Below, piece after piece: positions 27,729-36,717 of a DNA stretch of 64,000 nucleotides. The stretch is taken from the NCBI GenBank assembly GCA_964420015.1, contig CAYQPO010000005.1:6523-70522 (forward strand), in the 5' to 3' direction. Position 1 is the stretch's first letter. Every line of letters begins with the position of its first letter. Source of the stretch: an uncultured Candidatus Saccharibacteria bacterium. Lineage in GTDB: Bacteria; Patescibacteriota; Minisyncoccia; Phycocordibacterales; SBAW01. The notes below the pieces were generated by a model, which saw nothing but the letters and a program-made list of their open reading frames with translations, was not told the DNA's origin and ran no database searches. The translations under genes were made by a program, and so were the position numbers.

Positions 27729-28595
27729 ATGGACATCGTCGTCCAAATTATCCTCAACGCCGTCATCGCAGGCGCGATCTATGCGCTGCTTGCGCTCGGG
27801 TTTAATCTCCTCTACTCAACAGCGCGCTTCTTCGACTTAGGCTACGGCGCGATGACGGCGGTCGGAGGCTACTCGGTTTTTTGGCTCTACAAAATGGTCG
27901 GGTTGCCGCTGTGGCCCGCGATCATACTCGGTGTTGCCCTCACCGGCGTGTTGGGGTTTGTGGTGGAGAAGGTGGTCTACCGACCGCTGCGCTTGCGCAA
28001 AGCGTCTAACACCGTGCTCCTCATCGCCTCGCTCGGCGTGCTCACGGTCTTGCAAGCAGTGATCGCGATCCTCTTTAGTAGCCAGTTTCAAACGCTTGCC
28101 AAAGACATCGGCTCCGTTCAAACCTATCAACTCTTTGGCGGCGTGATCACGCAGACGCAGGTGCTCATCTTGGTGGGCGCGCTCGTCGTTATGGCGGCGC
28201 TCGGCCTCGTACTCAAATACAGCCGCGTGGGCAAAGCGGTACGCGCGGTCGCCGACGACGAAGAGGTTGCCAAAATTGTTGGGGTCAACACCGAAATGAT
28301 TATCGGCGGCGTGTTTTTTGTCGGCGCGCTCATCGGCGCGCTCGCCGGAGTGAGTGTAGGCTTCGACACCGGCGTGCAGCCAACAATGGGGCTCTCGCTC
28401 CTTTTAAAAGCGATCGTCGCCTCGATCATCGGCGGGATTGGGAGCGTATGGGGTGGGGTGTTGGGCGCGTTTGTACTTGCACTGATTGAAAACCTCGGCG
28501 CATGGCAGTTTAGCGGCGAGTGGAAGGACGCGATCGCATTCGCAGTTCTTATTCTTTTCCTTTTATTCAGGCCGCAAGGGATCCTAGGAAAATAA
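27729..28595 (+). CDS. livH: branched-chain amino acid ABC transporter permease LivH-type
   Basis: 288 aa, about 8 TM; LivH-type motif region (EKVVYRPLR; ...ALIENLG). Confidence 0.8.
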   Translation: MDIVVQIILNAVIAGAIYALLALGFNLLYSTARFFDLGYGAMTAVGGYSVFWLYKMVGLPLWPAIILGVALTGVLGFVVEKVVYRPLRLRKASNTVLLIASLGVLTVLQAVIAILFSSQFQTLAKDIGSVQTYQLFGGVITQTQVLILVGALVVMAALGLVLKYSRVGKAVRAVADDEEVAKIVGVNTEMIIGGVFFVGALIGALAGVSVGFDTGVQPTMGLSLLLKAIVASIIGGIGSVWGGVLGAFVLALIENLGAWQFSGEWKDAIAFAVLILFLLFRPQGILGK

Positions 28596-28630
28596 ATCCG
28601 AAACCCGAAGCACGAAATCCGAAACAAATT
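28596..28630. repeat. left inverted repeat flanking the four-helix-bundle gene
   Basis: CCGAAACCCGAAGCACGAAATCCGAAACAAA; its reverse complement recurs, with small indels, at 29012-29062. Confidence 0.5.
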
Positions 28631-28634
28631 TTAA

Positions 28635-28991
28635 ATGGAAAAAATCAAAAATAAAAAACGCTACGACTTAGAGGACAGGACGCGTGCGTTTGCCCGAGAT
28701 GTACGATTGTTTGTAAGGTCGTTACCCAAAAACCAGGCCAACTTTGAAGATAGCAAGCAACTCGTGCGCTCTTCTGGTTCAGTTGGGGCAAATTACATAG
28801 AGGCAAACGAATCATTGAGTAAAAAAGATTTTCTGCTGCGTATTCGTATTGCTCGTAAAGAAGCCAAAGAGAGCCAATACTGGCTCGAGCTCCTCGACGC
28901 GACTGGGGCCGAAGAGACATGCAAAAGGCTAGCCCAAGAAGCAAAAGAACTTATGATGATACTGAGTGCGATTATGCGGAAGTCAGAATGA
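28635..28991 (+). CDS. four-helix-bundle protein (23S rRNA intervening-sequence protein family, PF05635-like)
   Basis: 118 aa; ...FARDV..LFVRSLPKNQ....QLVRSSGSVGANYIEA....SKKDF...RIARKEAKESQYWLELL... matches the family pattern from memory. Confidence 0.75.
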   Translation: MEKIKNKKRYDLEDRTRAFARDVRLFVRSLPKNQANFEDSKQLVRSSGSVGANYIEANESLSKKDFLLRIRIARKEAKESQYWLELLDATGAEETCKRLAQEAKELMMILSAIMRKSE

Positions 28992-29011
28992 CTATATGTT
29001 TACTCTTTTGA

Positions 29012-29062
29012 ATTTTCGGATTTGTCTGTTGTTTCGGATTTCGAATTTCGTGCTTCGTGCTT
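29012..29062. repeat. right inverted repeat (TTGTTTCGGATTTCGAATTTCGTGCTTCGTGCTT) plus internal TTTCGGATTT direct repeats
   Basis: read in sequence. Confidence 0.5.
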
Positions 29063-29070
29063 AATCATCT

Positions 29071-29937
29071 ATGGAATATTTAATCCACATCGCGATTTTG
29101 GTTTGCATATACGGCTTACTCGGCCTCTCGCTCAACTTGGTGATGGGGGAGGCGGGCCTGGTCTCGGTTGCACACGCAGCGTTTTTTGGGATTGGGGCCT
29201 ATGGGGCGGCACTCCTCATCACCGACTTTGGGGTCAACTTCTTTCTAGCGCTCTTGTTTGGCATGGCACTGAGCGCTGCAGCGGCGCTGGTCATCGGGCT
29301 CGTGCTCTCGCGCTTTAGAGGTGACTTCTACGTGCTTGGCACGGTGGGCTTCAACATTATTGTCTGGAGCATCATGCTCAACTGGCAAGGCGTTACGCAC
29401 GGCCCATTGGGCATCCCCGGCATCGCGCGGCCCGAAATATTTGGATTTGTCTTTGGAGAAAATCTCCACTTCCTCGTGTTGGCCGCGGCGTTTTTGGCGC
29501 TTACCTACGGCGTGTGTGTTTTTATCACCCGCTCGTCGTTTGGTCGCGTACTCAACGCCATCCGCGAAGACGAGGAGGCTATCTCAGTATTCGGCTATGC
29601 CACTGCGCACTACAAACTGCTGATCTTCTGCATCAGCGCGGCGCTCGCGGCGGTCGCCGGAGCGCTCTTTGCCAGCTACATCACCTTTATCGACCCCTCG
29701 AGCTTTACGCTCAACGAGTCAATTTTCATCCTCTCAATCGTCATCTTGGGCGGCTTGGGGAGCAGCCGCGGCGCGCTTTTGGGCGGACTCTTTTTGATCG
29801 TGTTGCCGGAGGCGCTGCGTTTTGTCGGCTTCCCCCCAGACATCGCGGCGCAAATGCGCCAGCTGGTCTATGGTTTAATTTTGATTCTCCTCATGCTCTA
29901 TCGGCCCCAAGGGTTGTTGGGTACGTTTAGGTTGTGA
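29071..29937 (+). CDS. livM: branched-chain amino acid ABC transporter permease LivM-type
   Basis: 288 aa multi-TM; LSLNLVMGEAGLVSVAHAAFFGIGAY LivM-type signature. Confidence 0.8.
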   Translation: MEYLIHIAILVCIYGLLGLSLNLVMGEAGLVSVAHAAFFGIGAYGAALLITDFGVNFFLALLFGMALSAAAALVIGLVLSRFRGDFYVLGTVGFNIIVWSIMLNWQGVTHGPLGIPGIARPEIFGFVFGENLHFLVLAAAFLALTYGVCVFITRSSFGRVLNAIREDEEAISVFGYATAHYKLLIFCISAALAAVAGALFASYITFIDPSSFTLNESIFILSIVILGGLGSSRGALLGGLFLIVLPEALRFVGFPPDIAAQMRQLVYGLILILLMLYRPQGLLGTFRL

Positions 29938-30008
29938 TTGGACTTTTTAATCTTTTGTGTTATTCTGCTAAGCAGCAATAGTGCCATCCAAACAGGAGGA
30001 GGTTCGAG

Positions 30009-30725
30009 ATGTTGCAAGACATCTTTTGGGCCGCCCTGCACTGGACGGCTGAGTATCAAAATTGGGACTGGGGCATTTACAGCCTCAACATCGCGCTCAT
30101 GATCGTGTTTACCTACGTCGAGACCTGGGGGATCATCCGCCAAGGCCGCACGATCTATGAAAAGCGCAGCACAGAAGCGGTGGAGAGCGAATTGTTTTTC
30201 TACTGCTTCTTCTACTTCTTGCTCTGCGGGCTCTACGGGGTGCGGTTGCATGGCGTGGTGATCGTGCTCAACTCGATCATCACCGCGATTGCACAGCTCT
30301 ACGTACTGCGTGCCATTCTCCACTTCCGCCCCTTTAGCGAGCGAGAGCGGCGGATCGGTTCGGTGTACGCGCTCATCCCCGGCCTACAACTCTGGGGGAT
30401 GTCCGGAGGCTTTGATGGTTGGGTGTACATCGTCTTTGCCATCGGGATGTGGTGGGCACTCTTCGAACAGTTGCGCAAACTCTGGGCAGAGTGGGTGGTG
30501 GGCGCGGTAGAGGTCAAACTCTATTTCGTCTATTTAGGCACCTGTTTTGTCTGGGCGGCGTACGCGTTCTACATCGGTGACACGTTCTTCGAGACCTCGA
30601 TGGTTGGCGCTACGGTGATTATTGCGTCGATCATCTTGCTGTGGTTCGCGATTCTTGCCGGAGCGCCTAAACCGCGCTTGCCCGCTCGGATACGCAAGCG
30701 GCTCGATGAGATCCTGATGCGTTGA
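30009..30725 (+). CDS. hypothetical multi-pass membrane protein
   Basis: 238 aa, about 7 TM; strong SD AGGAGGAGG; no family recognised. Confidence 0.45.
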   Translation: MLQDIFWAALHWTAEYQNWDWGIYSLNIALMIVFTYVETWGIIRQGRTIYEKRSTEAVESELFFYCFFYFLLCGLYGVRLHGVVIVLNSIITAIAQLYVLRAILHFRPFSERERRIGSVYALIPGLQLWGMSGGFDGWVYIVFAIGMWWALFEQLRKLWAEWVVGAVEVKLYFVYLGTCFVWAAYAFYIGDTFFETSMVGATVIIASIILLWFAILAGAPKPRLPARIRKRLDEILMR

Positions 30726-30745
30726 ACTACGAAGAAGTTTCGAGA

Positions 30746-30778
30746 GGCCCCGCCAAGTCGGCGGGGCCTTTTGGTTTT
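30746..30778 (+). terminator. intrinsic terminator
   Basis: GGCCCCGCC-AAGTC-GGCGGGGCC + TTTTGGTTTT. Confidence 0.5.
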
Positions 30779-30780
30779 AA

Positions 30781-31593
30781 TTAGGTTTTTATCTCGTTGG
30801 GAATAACAAAATGCTTACTGAGCCGTTTGCGGAGGCGGAGTGCCTTTTTGGCATTGCGTTCGAGTTTAAATTTGTACCGATGCGGCTGGGCAAGAGCCTG
30901 GGCGACTCGGTGCGCAAGTTCTGTGTGATCTTTTGATTCCCTGTAAGCTTTGTGCACAGATTCAAATAGCTTCTCGTCTATCTTGCCATTGAGGACATAG
31001 TCACCAAAAACAGAGGTGTTATCCAAGTCAGAAAAGAAAGAGACTTTTTCAAAATTAATCTGAAATGCCCCGCCTCCATATGTCCGAGCAAAAGATTTAT
31101 CGAGAGTGGTTGGGTAGCCGATTGTATAAAACATCGGTATCTTGTGTCGCTTAACATAAGCAAAAAAATCTTCCTCGCTCTTTCTGCGATCGGGTATGTG
31201 GATCCAAAACTCGTGCGGATTGTAACAAAAAAGACCTGTGCGCTTTGATTCGTGCTCGAGCAAAAATGCGTAGTGCTTCCACAGCTTATCCATCTGCGCA
31301 GCAGAACCGACTTCAAACGCAACACTTTCACCCTCTTTAAGTTCCAGGCCGGCATAAGTACCCAAGAGGTCCGAAACATTTTTTCTCCATTCGGTATTTA
31401 TTGAAAAGATGCCTCTCGAGCGGATCACAACGTCGGCCGCTTGGAGCCTGTCCAGAGCTTTGTAGAGCCCGGACGTGCTCAAGTTTAGACCTTGAGCTCT
31501 CAGAATGTTTTGTAATTCTCTGGCCGTTGTAGGCTCCTCAAGTAAGGTCTCGATGATGCGATCCGGGGTTTTTGGATTAGGCGTATGTAACAT
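30781..31593 (-). CDS. winged-helix transcriptional regulator (TrmB/MarR-like N-terminus; paralogue D)
   Basis: RIIETLLEEPTTARELQNILRAQGLNLSTSGLYKALDRLQAADVV wHTH; C-terminal domain unassigned. Confidence 0.45.
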   Translation of the reverse strand: MLHTPNPKTPDRIIETLLEEPTTARELQNILRAQGLNLSTSGLYKALDRLQAADVVIRSRGIFSINTEWRKNVSDLLGTYAGLELKEGESVAFEVGSAAQMDKLWKHYAFLLEHESKRTGLFCYNPHEFWIHIPDRRKSEEDFFAYVKRHKIPMFYTIGYPTTLDKSFARTYGGGAFQINFEKVSFFSDLDNTSVFGDYVLNGKIDEKLFESVHKAYRESKDHTELAHRVAQALAQPHRYKFKLERNAKKALRLRKRLSKHFVIPNEIKT

Positions 31594-31597
31594 ACTT

Positions 31598-31614
31598 TTC
31601 TACTAAAAGTAGAA
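31598..31614. promoter_or_regulatory. palindrome TTCTACT-AAA-AGTAGAA (contains TACT-N3-AGTA) 4 nt from regulator D start, about 30 nt upstream of SBP3
   Basis: read in sequence; TACTN3AGTA is, from memory, the TrmB operator core in the Thermococcales TM promoter. Confidence 0.4.
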
Positions 31615-31643
31615 TTAGTGGTCACAATACGACAAAAAATAGC

Positions 31644-32810
31644 ATGGCGCAAGGGCCCTCTCTACTATGGCCCTGCATGAACAGAAATACCTTAATTCTT
31701 GGCCTTATTGGGGTGGCGACCGTCGGCGCTGTCGCGTGGCTACTGTTATCTCATGTCGGCCCACTGAGGACCCAAACAGCCTCTGTAGGCACTGCCGAGC
31801 CAATTAAAGTTGCGGCGCTTCTTTCATTGACCGGAGTTGCGCCGGCGTGGGGCGAGAACGCACGGCGAGCTATCGAGCTCGCCGTAGAGGAAACAAATGC
31901 AGCAGGCGGTATTAATGGCCGACCGGTTGAGATGTTGTATGAAGACACCGGCGCCGACCCTAAGAAAGCAGTCTCAGCGTATCAACTCGTAACCTCGGTT
32001 GATAAGGTGGCCGCGGTCATTGGGCCCCTGCAACAAACCGAAGATGTCGCGGTCATGCCGGTCATAGCAGAGACTGGTACGCCAACCATTGTGCCTGGCT
32101 ACATACCGCTTCAAAATCGCTCCAACGTGGACAATCCTCTGTTGATTTGGATGGACGCGCAAGTTGAGGCGGCGCGCGTGGCGCAGTACATGTATGGCCA
32201 GGGGATCCACACAGTTGGTGTCGTGGGGACACTCGACAGTTGGGAGACTACCGTGTCGGACGCATTTGTTGACGCGTTTAAAACTGCAGGCGGGACAGTC
32301 ACTGAGGTTGAGATCGTACAGCCAAACTCAAACGACATCCGACTGCCAGTGACAAAAATTGTCGCCACTAAACCACAAGCAATATTTCTGGGTACGTACT
32401 ACCAGTTTGTTAATGCAACGAAAGAGCTTCACGACTTCGAGTATACAGGGCAACTCTATAGTATTGAGGTTGATAATTATCTGGCTGCTCAGAGTGTTGG
32501 TTGGGTGAGGGATATAAAGTTTATAGCGCCGGATTATTACACTACTGACTTTGTAAAAAAGTTTAAAACAAAATATGCTGCCGCACCCGGACTTCCTGCT
32601 GGGCAAGCCTATGATGCGGCAAATCTCCTCTTCTCACTATTAAAAAAGAGCACCAACAAAAATGACGTTCTCAACGAGATGAAGAACTTCAAGCAATATG
32701 ACGGCGTCTCCGGAGAGTTGACTGTGGCAACCGACGGACGCACCGCCCTACCTACCGCTTTGTTCGAACTCAAAGCGGGAGAGGTGGTCAGAGTATCTGC
32801 CTTGCCGTAG
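31644..32810 (+). CDS. TM-anchored LivK-type substrate-binding protein, SBP3
   Basis: IKVAALLSLTGVAPAWGE...VEETNAAGGINGRPVEM. Confidence 0.8.
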   Translation: MAQGPSLLWPCMNRNTLILGLIGVATVGAVAWLLLSHVGPLRTQTASVGTAEPIKVAALLSLTGVAPAWGENARRAIELAVEETNAAGGINGRPVEMLYEDTGADPKKAVSAYQLVTSVDKVAAVIGPLQQTEDVAVMPVIAETGTPTIVPGYIPLQNRSNVDNPLLIWMDAQVEAARVAQYMYGQGIHTVGVVGTLDSWETTVSDAFVDAFKTAGGTVTEVEIVQPNSNDIRLPVTKIVATKPQAIFLGTYYQFVNATKELHDFEYTGQLYSIEVDNYLAAQSVGWVRDIKFIAPDYYTTDFVKKFKTKYAAAPGLPAGQAYDAANLLFSLLKKSTNKNDVLNEMKNFKQYDGVSGELTVATDGRTALPTALFELKAGEVVRVSALP

Positions 32811-32842
32811 AGAAGATCCTAGCTCAAACAGAGGAGAGTTCC

Positions 32843-33214
32843 TTGAGACACAAGCTGCAAGAAAAGAGCGTTGTAGACCGCGTACTAGCGTGCCTAATTC
32901 CGACCTGTGGAGCAATCGCCCTCATTTCGATCTTACTCGGTACCTACGAACAGAGTGGATCAACACGCTCCCTACTATGCATTATTACTGTTCTCTCTTT
33001 ACTTCCCCCGGGCGTGCTCGGGTATGGGTGCATATTGGGGCGACTGCATAACTGGATGGACAAGTCACGATGGAGGAGTGTGCTTGTAGAAGCCGCGCTG
33101 CTACTTGCAATTATCTCCCTTGGTGGACTACTCATTTGGTGGTTTGACATCGCAAACCCGCCAAGACTATGCCACCTCCAAGGCCCCGCGTACGCGGGGC
33201 CTTTTTGTTTTTAA
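32843..33214 (+). CDS. hypothetical membrane protein
   Basis: 123 aa, 3-4 TM segments. Confidence 0.35.
   Translation: MRHKLQEKSVVDRVLACLIPTCGAIALISILLGTYEQSGSTRSLLCIITVLSLLPPGVLGYGCILGRLHNWMDKSRWRSVLVEAALLLAIISLGGLLIWWFDIANPPRLCHLQGPAYAGPFCF
33182..33212 (+). terminator. intrinsic terminator
   Basis: GGCCCCGCG-TA-CGCGGGGCC + TTTTTGTTTTT. Confidence 0.5.
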
Positions 33215-33235
33215 TGGTTGTGTTATTGTTGCGGC

Positions 33236-34381
33236 ATGAAGAAAAACTTTTGGATAGGTGGTGTCGTCATAATTATTTTGATAGCCGGCGGGTATTTTTT
33301 GTTTAACAAATCACGGCAAGCAAATGGAGAGGCCATAAAAATTGGCACCATTTTTGCTCAGAGCGGAGATGCGGCGTATTGGGGTGTTGATGAGGAGCGC
33401 GCAGTAGAGCTGGCGGTAGATGATGCAGACGCGAACGGTGGTATCAACGGCAAACCAATTCAAATTGTTGCAGAAGATGCTCCGGCTATAGACTCGATCC
33501 AAAAAGCGGTGAGTGGGATCCAAAAGCTCATCAACGTGGACCATGTCGTCGCGGTCTTGGGCCCTACTTGGGATGACAACGCGCAAGCGGTAGCACCTTT
33601 GGCAGACCGATTTAAAACCGTGATGATTAGCGCATCGGCCTCCGCTTCAGCAGAGCAGAAAGAGGATTACAAATTCTTTTTCTCTACCAATTTGCCTGAG
33701 CAGTCTGAGATCGAACGCATAACACAATACGCACAAGAAAAAGGATACACAAAAGTGGCGGTCATCAACACGAGCGACACTTTTAGTTTGCTCTACGGCG
33801 ACAGCTTTGCAAAACATGGCGCGAGTCATAGAATAACGGTGGCCAAACATATCATTATTAATGACACGAGCCCTAAGGATTTTCGGACATATATTGCAAC
33901 GCTGAAAGATGCGCAGATCGACGCGGTATACGTAGTGCTCGACGATGAAGGTTCGAAGTGCCCCTTCCTCGAGCAAGCCAGAGAGCTCGGATTGAATAAG
34001 CCGATACTGAGTAGCATCTCGACGCAGAGCCCCGACTCGCTGCAAAAGTGCGGCTCAGTCATGAGTCAGGTGAGTTACACCTATCAAAAGCAGGGACCGG
34101 AGTACGACGCGCTCATTAAAAAGTACGAGGCAAAATATCATGCCGAACCGAGCGGCCCTGCGATCACCGAAGCGTATGATGCGGCAAACATTCTCATTAC
34201 CCAAATGCGGGCGGGCAATCTCTCTGGCGAGCAACTGCGAAGCGGGATCGCCGCTATGAAAAATTTCTCTGGGGTAACCGGCTCGGGGATGAATTGGGAC
34301 GCAATAGGACACATCACACTCCCTGCAAGCGACTTCAACATTAAAACGGTTAAAGACGGACAGTTCGTGGTGGTCGAATAG
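33236..34381 (+). CDS. TM-anchored LivK-type substrate-binding protein, SBP4
   Basis: start taken at MKKNFW (track begins at TTG 33218); IKIGTIFAQSGDAAYWG...DDADANGGINGKPIQI. Confidence 0.8.
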   Translation: MKKNFWIGGVVIIILIAGGYFLFNKSRQANGEAIKIGTIFAQSGDAAYWGVDEERAVELAVDDADANGGINGKPIQIVAEDAPAIDSIQKAVSGIQKLINVDHVVAVLGPTWDDNAQAVAPLADRFKTVMISASASASAEQKEDYKFFFSTNLPEQSEIERITQYAQEKGYTKVAVINTSDTFSLLYGDSFAKHGASHRITVAKHIIINDTSPKDFRTYIATLKDAQIDAVYVVLDDEGSKCPFLEQARELGLNKPILSSISTQSPDSLQKCGSVMSQVSYTYQKQGPEYDALIKKYEAKYHAEPSGPAITEAYDAANILITQMRAGNLSGEQLRSGIAAMKNFSGVTGSGMNWDAIGHITLPASDFNIKTVKDGQFVVVE

Positions 34382-34463
34382 TACACAAATTGGGTGTTAT
34401 TCACGTCGCGTAGGGCCTTGCGTTACAATGTTTCATAAAAGGCTACTATGCTATAATCGCCTC

Positions 34464-34658
34464 ATGGCAATAGACTGGACAAACATACAGAGAAAATACA
34501 AGGGCCTTTGGGTGGCTTTGGCTGATGACGAAACGACGGTTTTGTCTGCCGGTAAAACCTTGAAAGAAGCTCAAAAGGCAGCGGCCAAGAAGGGGCATCA
34601 AGACCCCATCTTTGCGCGCATGCCGGAGAGTCTGGCAACCTACGTCGGCGCATTCTAA
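34464..34658 (+). CDS. small DUF5678-like protein (64 aa)
   Basis: MAIDWTNIQRKYKGLWVAL.DDETTVLSAGKTLKEAQKAAAKKGHQDPIFARMP pattern (WVA..D..VV..G.TL.EA...A.KG..DP) recalled for DUF5678-type proteins; TATAAT 6 nt upstream of the ATG (leaderless-type). Confidence 0.4.
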   Translation: MAIDWTNIQRKYKGLWVALADDETTVLSAGKTLKEAQKAAAKKGHQDPIFARMPESLATYVGAF

Positions 34659-34666
34659 AAACGCCA

Positions 34667-35065
34667 ATGAAGTTCCGTTACAAGAAGTACGGTACTGCAC
34701 TTCGCCCAGTAATAGAAATTCGATTAAAAAATAAAGAGCAATCGATCCGCTACGAAGTCCTCGTGGACTCAGGAGCGGACATTTGCATATTTGACGAAGA
34801 AGTTGGCCAAGCTTTGGGTATAGATGTACACAAGGGAGTGGCAAAAGAAGTATTCGGCGTGGGAGGAAAATCTTCGGTCTTTTACCTCCATCCTATTACT
34901 ATTGAAGTCGGCGGGTGGTCGTATGATATAAAAGCGGGCTTCATGGCGAAAGTCAGCGGCTACACGACTCCTTACGGCATTGTAGGACAGGAGGGATTTT
35001 TTGATATCTTTACTGTTAAGTTCGATCTATTAAAAACAGAGATCGAAATAAAGAAAAGAGGCTAA
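34667..35065 (+). CDS. retropepsin-like (clan AA) aspartic protease
   Basis: 132 aa; VLVDSGADICIFD active-site D-S/T-G-A motif; ...GIVGQEGF. Confidence 0.6.
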   Translation: MKFRYKKYGTALRPVIEIRLKNKEQSIRYEVLVDSGADICIFDEEVGQALGIDVHKGVAKEVFGVGGKSSVFYLHPITIEVGGWSYDIKAGFMAKVSGYTTPYGIVGQEGFFDIFTVKFDLLKTEIEIKKRG

Positions 35066-35066
35066 C

Positions 35067-35801
35067 ATGGCAGCACTCGCCACTAAACAACTTACGAAAA
35101 CTTTCGGTGGGGTGCACGCGGTCGATCATGTCGATGTGCACTTTGAGCAAGGCAAAATCACTGCGCTCATCGGTCCCAACGGCTCGGGCAAAACCACACT
35201 CATCAACACCATCACTGGCATGCTGCCGATCGACGGCGGCGCGGTCGTGGTCGGCGAACGAGTTACTCTTAAGCGCATCCGCCGCGCCGAGGTGGCAAAC
35301 TACGGCATGACGCGCACGTTTCAAAACGTGCGCTTGATTGGCCAGCTCAGTGTGCTCGACAATTTGCTTTTGGTGCTCACCGAGCGCAACGTGTGGGGTG
35401 CCTTGTTTGAGCGACACTCCAAACTACACCTCGCTCAAGCCGAAGAGATTTTGAAAAAAGTGGGCTTGTGGGAGAAGCGTGCTGCGCACGCCGAAAATCT
35501 CTCCTATGGCCAACGCAAACTGCTTGAAATTGCCCGCGCGGTTGCAACGGGCGCAGACGTCTACTTTTTTGACGAGCCATTTGCGGGGCTCTTTACCGAG
35601 ATGCGCAAAATAGTTTCTGACATTTTGGTTGAACTCAAAATGGGTGGCGCGGCGGTAGTGCTGGTCGAACACGACATGGCACTCGTGCGCGAGTTGGCCG
35701 ACACCTGCTACGTACTCGACTCCGGCCACGTGCTCGCCCACGGAGAGCCCGAAGAGGTACTCAAACAAGAGTCCGTAGTCGAGGCTTATTTGGGCAAGTA
35801 G
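35067..35801 (+). CDS. livG: branched-chain amino acid ABC transporter ATP-binding protein LivG-type
   Basis: GPNGSGKTT Walker A, LSYGQRKLLEIARA signature, FFDEP Walker B. Confidence 0.85.
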   Translation: MAALATKQLTKTFGGVHAVDHVDVHFEQGKITALIGPNGSGKTTLINTITGMLPIDGGAVVVGERVTLKRIRRAEVANYGMTRTFQNVRLIGQLSVLDNLLLVLTERNVWGALFERHSKLHLAQAEEILKKVGLWEKRAAHAENLSYGQRKLLEIARAVATGADVYFFDEPFAGLFTEMRKIVSDILVELKMGGAAVVLVEHDMALVRELADTCYVLDSGHVLAHGEPEEVLKQESVVEAYLGK

Positions 35802-36634
35802 CTTTGTTCCAAAAATTTGCGCGGCTCAACTTTCGTTGAAACTGTTTTTAGAAACTCGAACAGCGTCTTAAACATCAGCAGCATCTCGGCATCTTTGAGC
35901 TCGACCGCGACCTCGTCGACAAAGTGCAGCACGAGCACGCGGTCGCGAAAGATGAGTATCTCCGCATGCGAGGGCATAAACTCCTCGGGGATAAGATACA
36001 CCACGTTGAGCCTATCAACATAACTCTCGGCCCACTCTTTGCCCCAATAGGGGACGAGGTTTTTAAAATAATTTTCAGAGATAAACGACTCACCAATAAT
36101 TTCTTTTTCTTTAAGCAAGCGATTGATCTTGAGCACGTTTTTAAATCCAACCTTTTCCATCCAACCGTCATCGACATTAGCTCCTTGGTAGATGATAAAA
36201 CGCTCATGTGGATTGAGGTCGAGCGCTCGAAACACTATCTGCTGGAGTGCTTTCGCACCGCGATGCACGGTAACACTGCTTTCGTCGGTGTGTTTTATTT
36301 CAAATTTAGTGGCATCTTTAATGCCTTCGAGCTCATTGATCGCAGCGCTCAACACCGCAGCCGCACTGGCGGAGTCTGCGCGCATCCATACCGTTTTTCC
36401 ATTACGGACTTTTTTCTGCGCGAGCGCGCGTTCGCACAAGTGCTCAAACGCCAAATAGGCGCTCGCATTCGGGACGCCTGCGGCGCGCACTATCGCGCTT
36501 GGTAGTTGCGGCTTGCTAGTGAGCACACCGAGTACATTTGCTTCGTGTGGCGCAAGACGAAGGACTTTGGAGAGGGTGGAGGAGCGCATGTTTTTATCGG
36601 TTCTTATGATAATTCTATAGGGTAATTTTAGCAA
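35786..36634 (-). CDS. winged-helix transcriptional regulator (TrmB/MarR-like N-terminus; paralogue E)
   Basis: STLSKVLRLAPHEANVLGVLTSKPQLPSAIVRAAGVPNASAYLAFEHL wHTH; 3' end overlaps livG convergently by about 16 nt. Confidence 0.45.
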   Translation of the reverse strand: MLKLPYRIIIRTDKNMRSSTLSKVLRLAPHEANVLGVLTSKPQLPSAIVRAAGVPNASAYLAFEHLCERALAQKKVRNGKTVWMRADSASAAAVLSAAINELEGIKDATKFEIKHTDESSVTVHRGAKALQQIVFRALDLNPHERFIIYQGANVDDGWMEKVGFKNVLKINRLLKEKEIIGESFISENYFKNLVPYWGKEWAESYVDRLNVVYLIPEEFMPSHAEILIFRDRVLVLHFVDEVAVELKDAEMLLMFKTLFEFLKTVSTKVEPRKFLEQSYLPK

Positions 36635-36717
36635 GCATTTGCAAGCTCAAAACCAAAAACGGGCTCCCAAAATAAGCTCCAATAGCTGAGTCTAGCCAGA
36701 GAGCGTACCGTAGAGGC

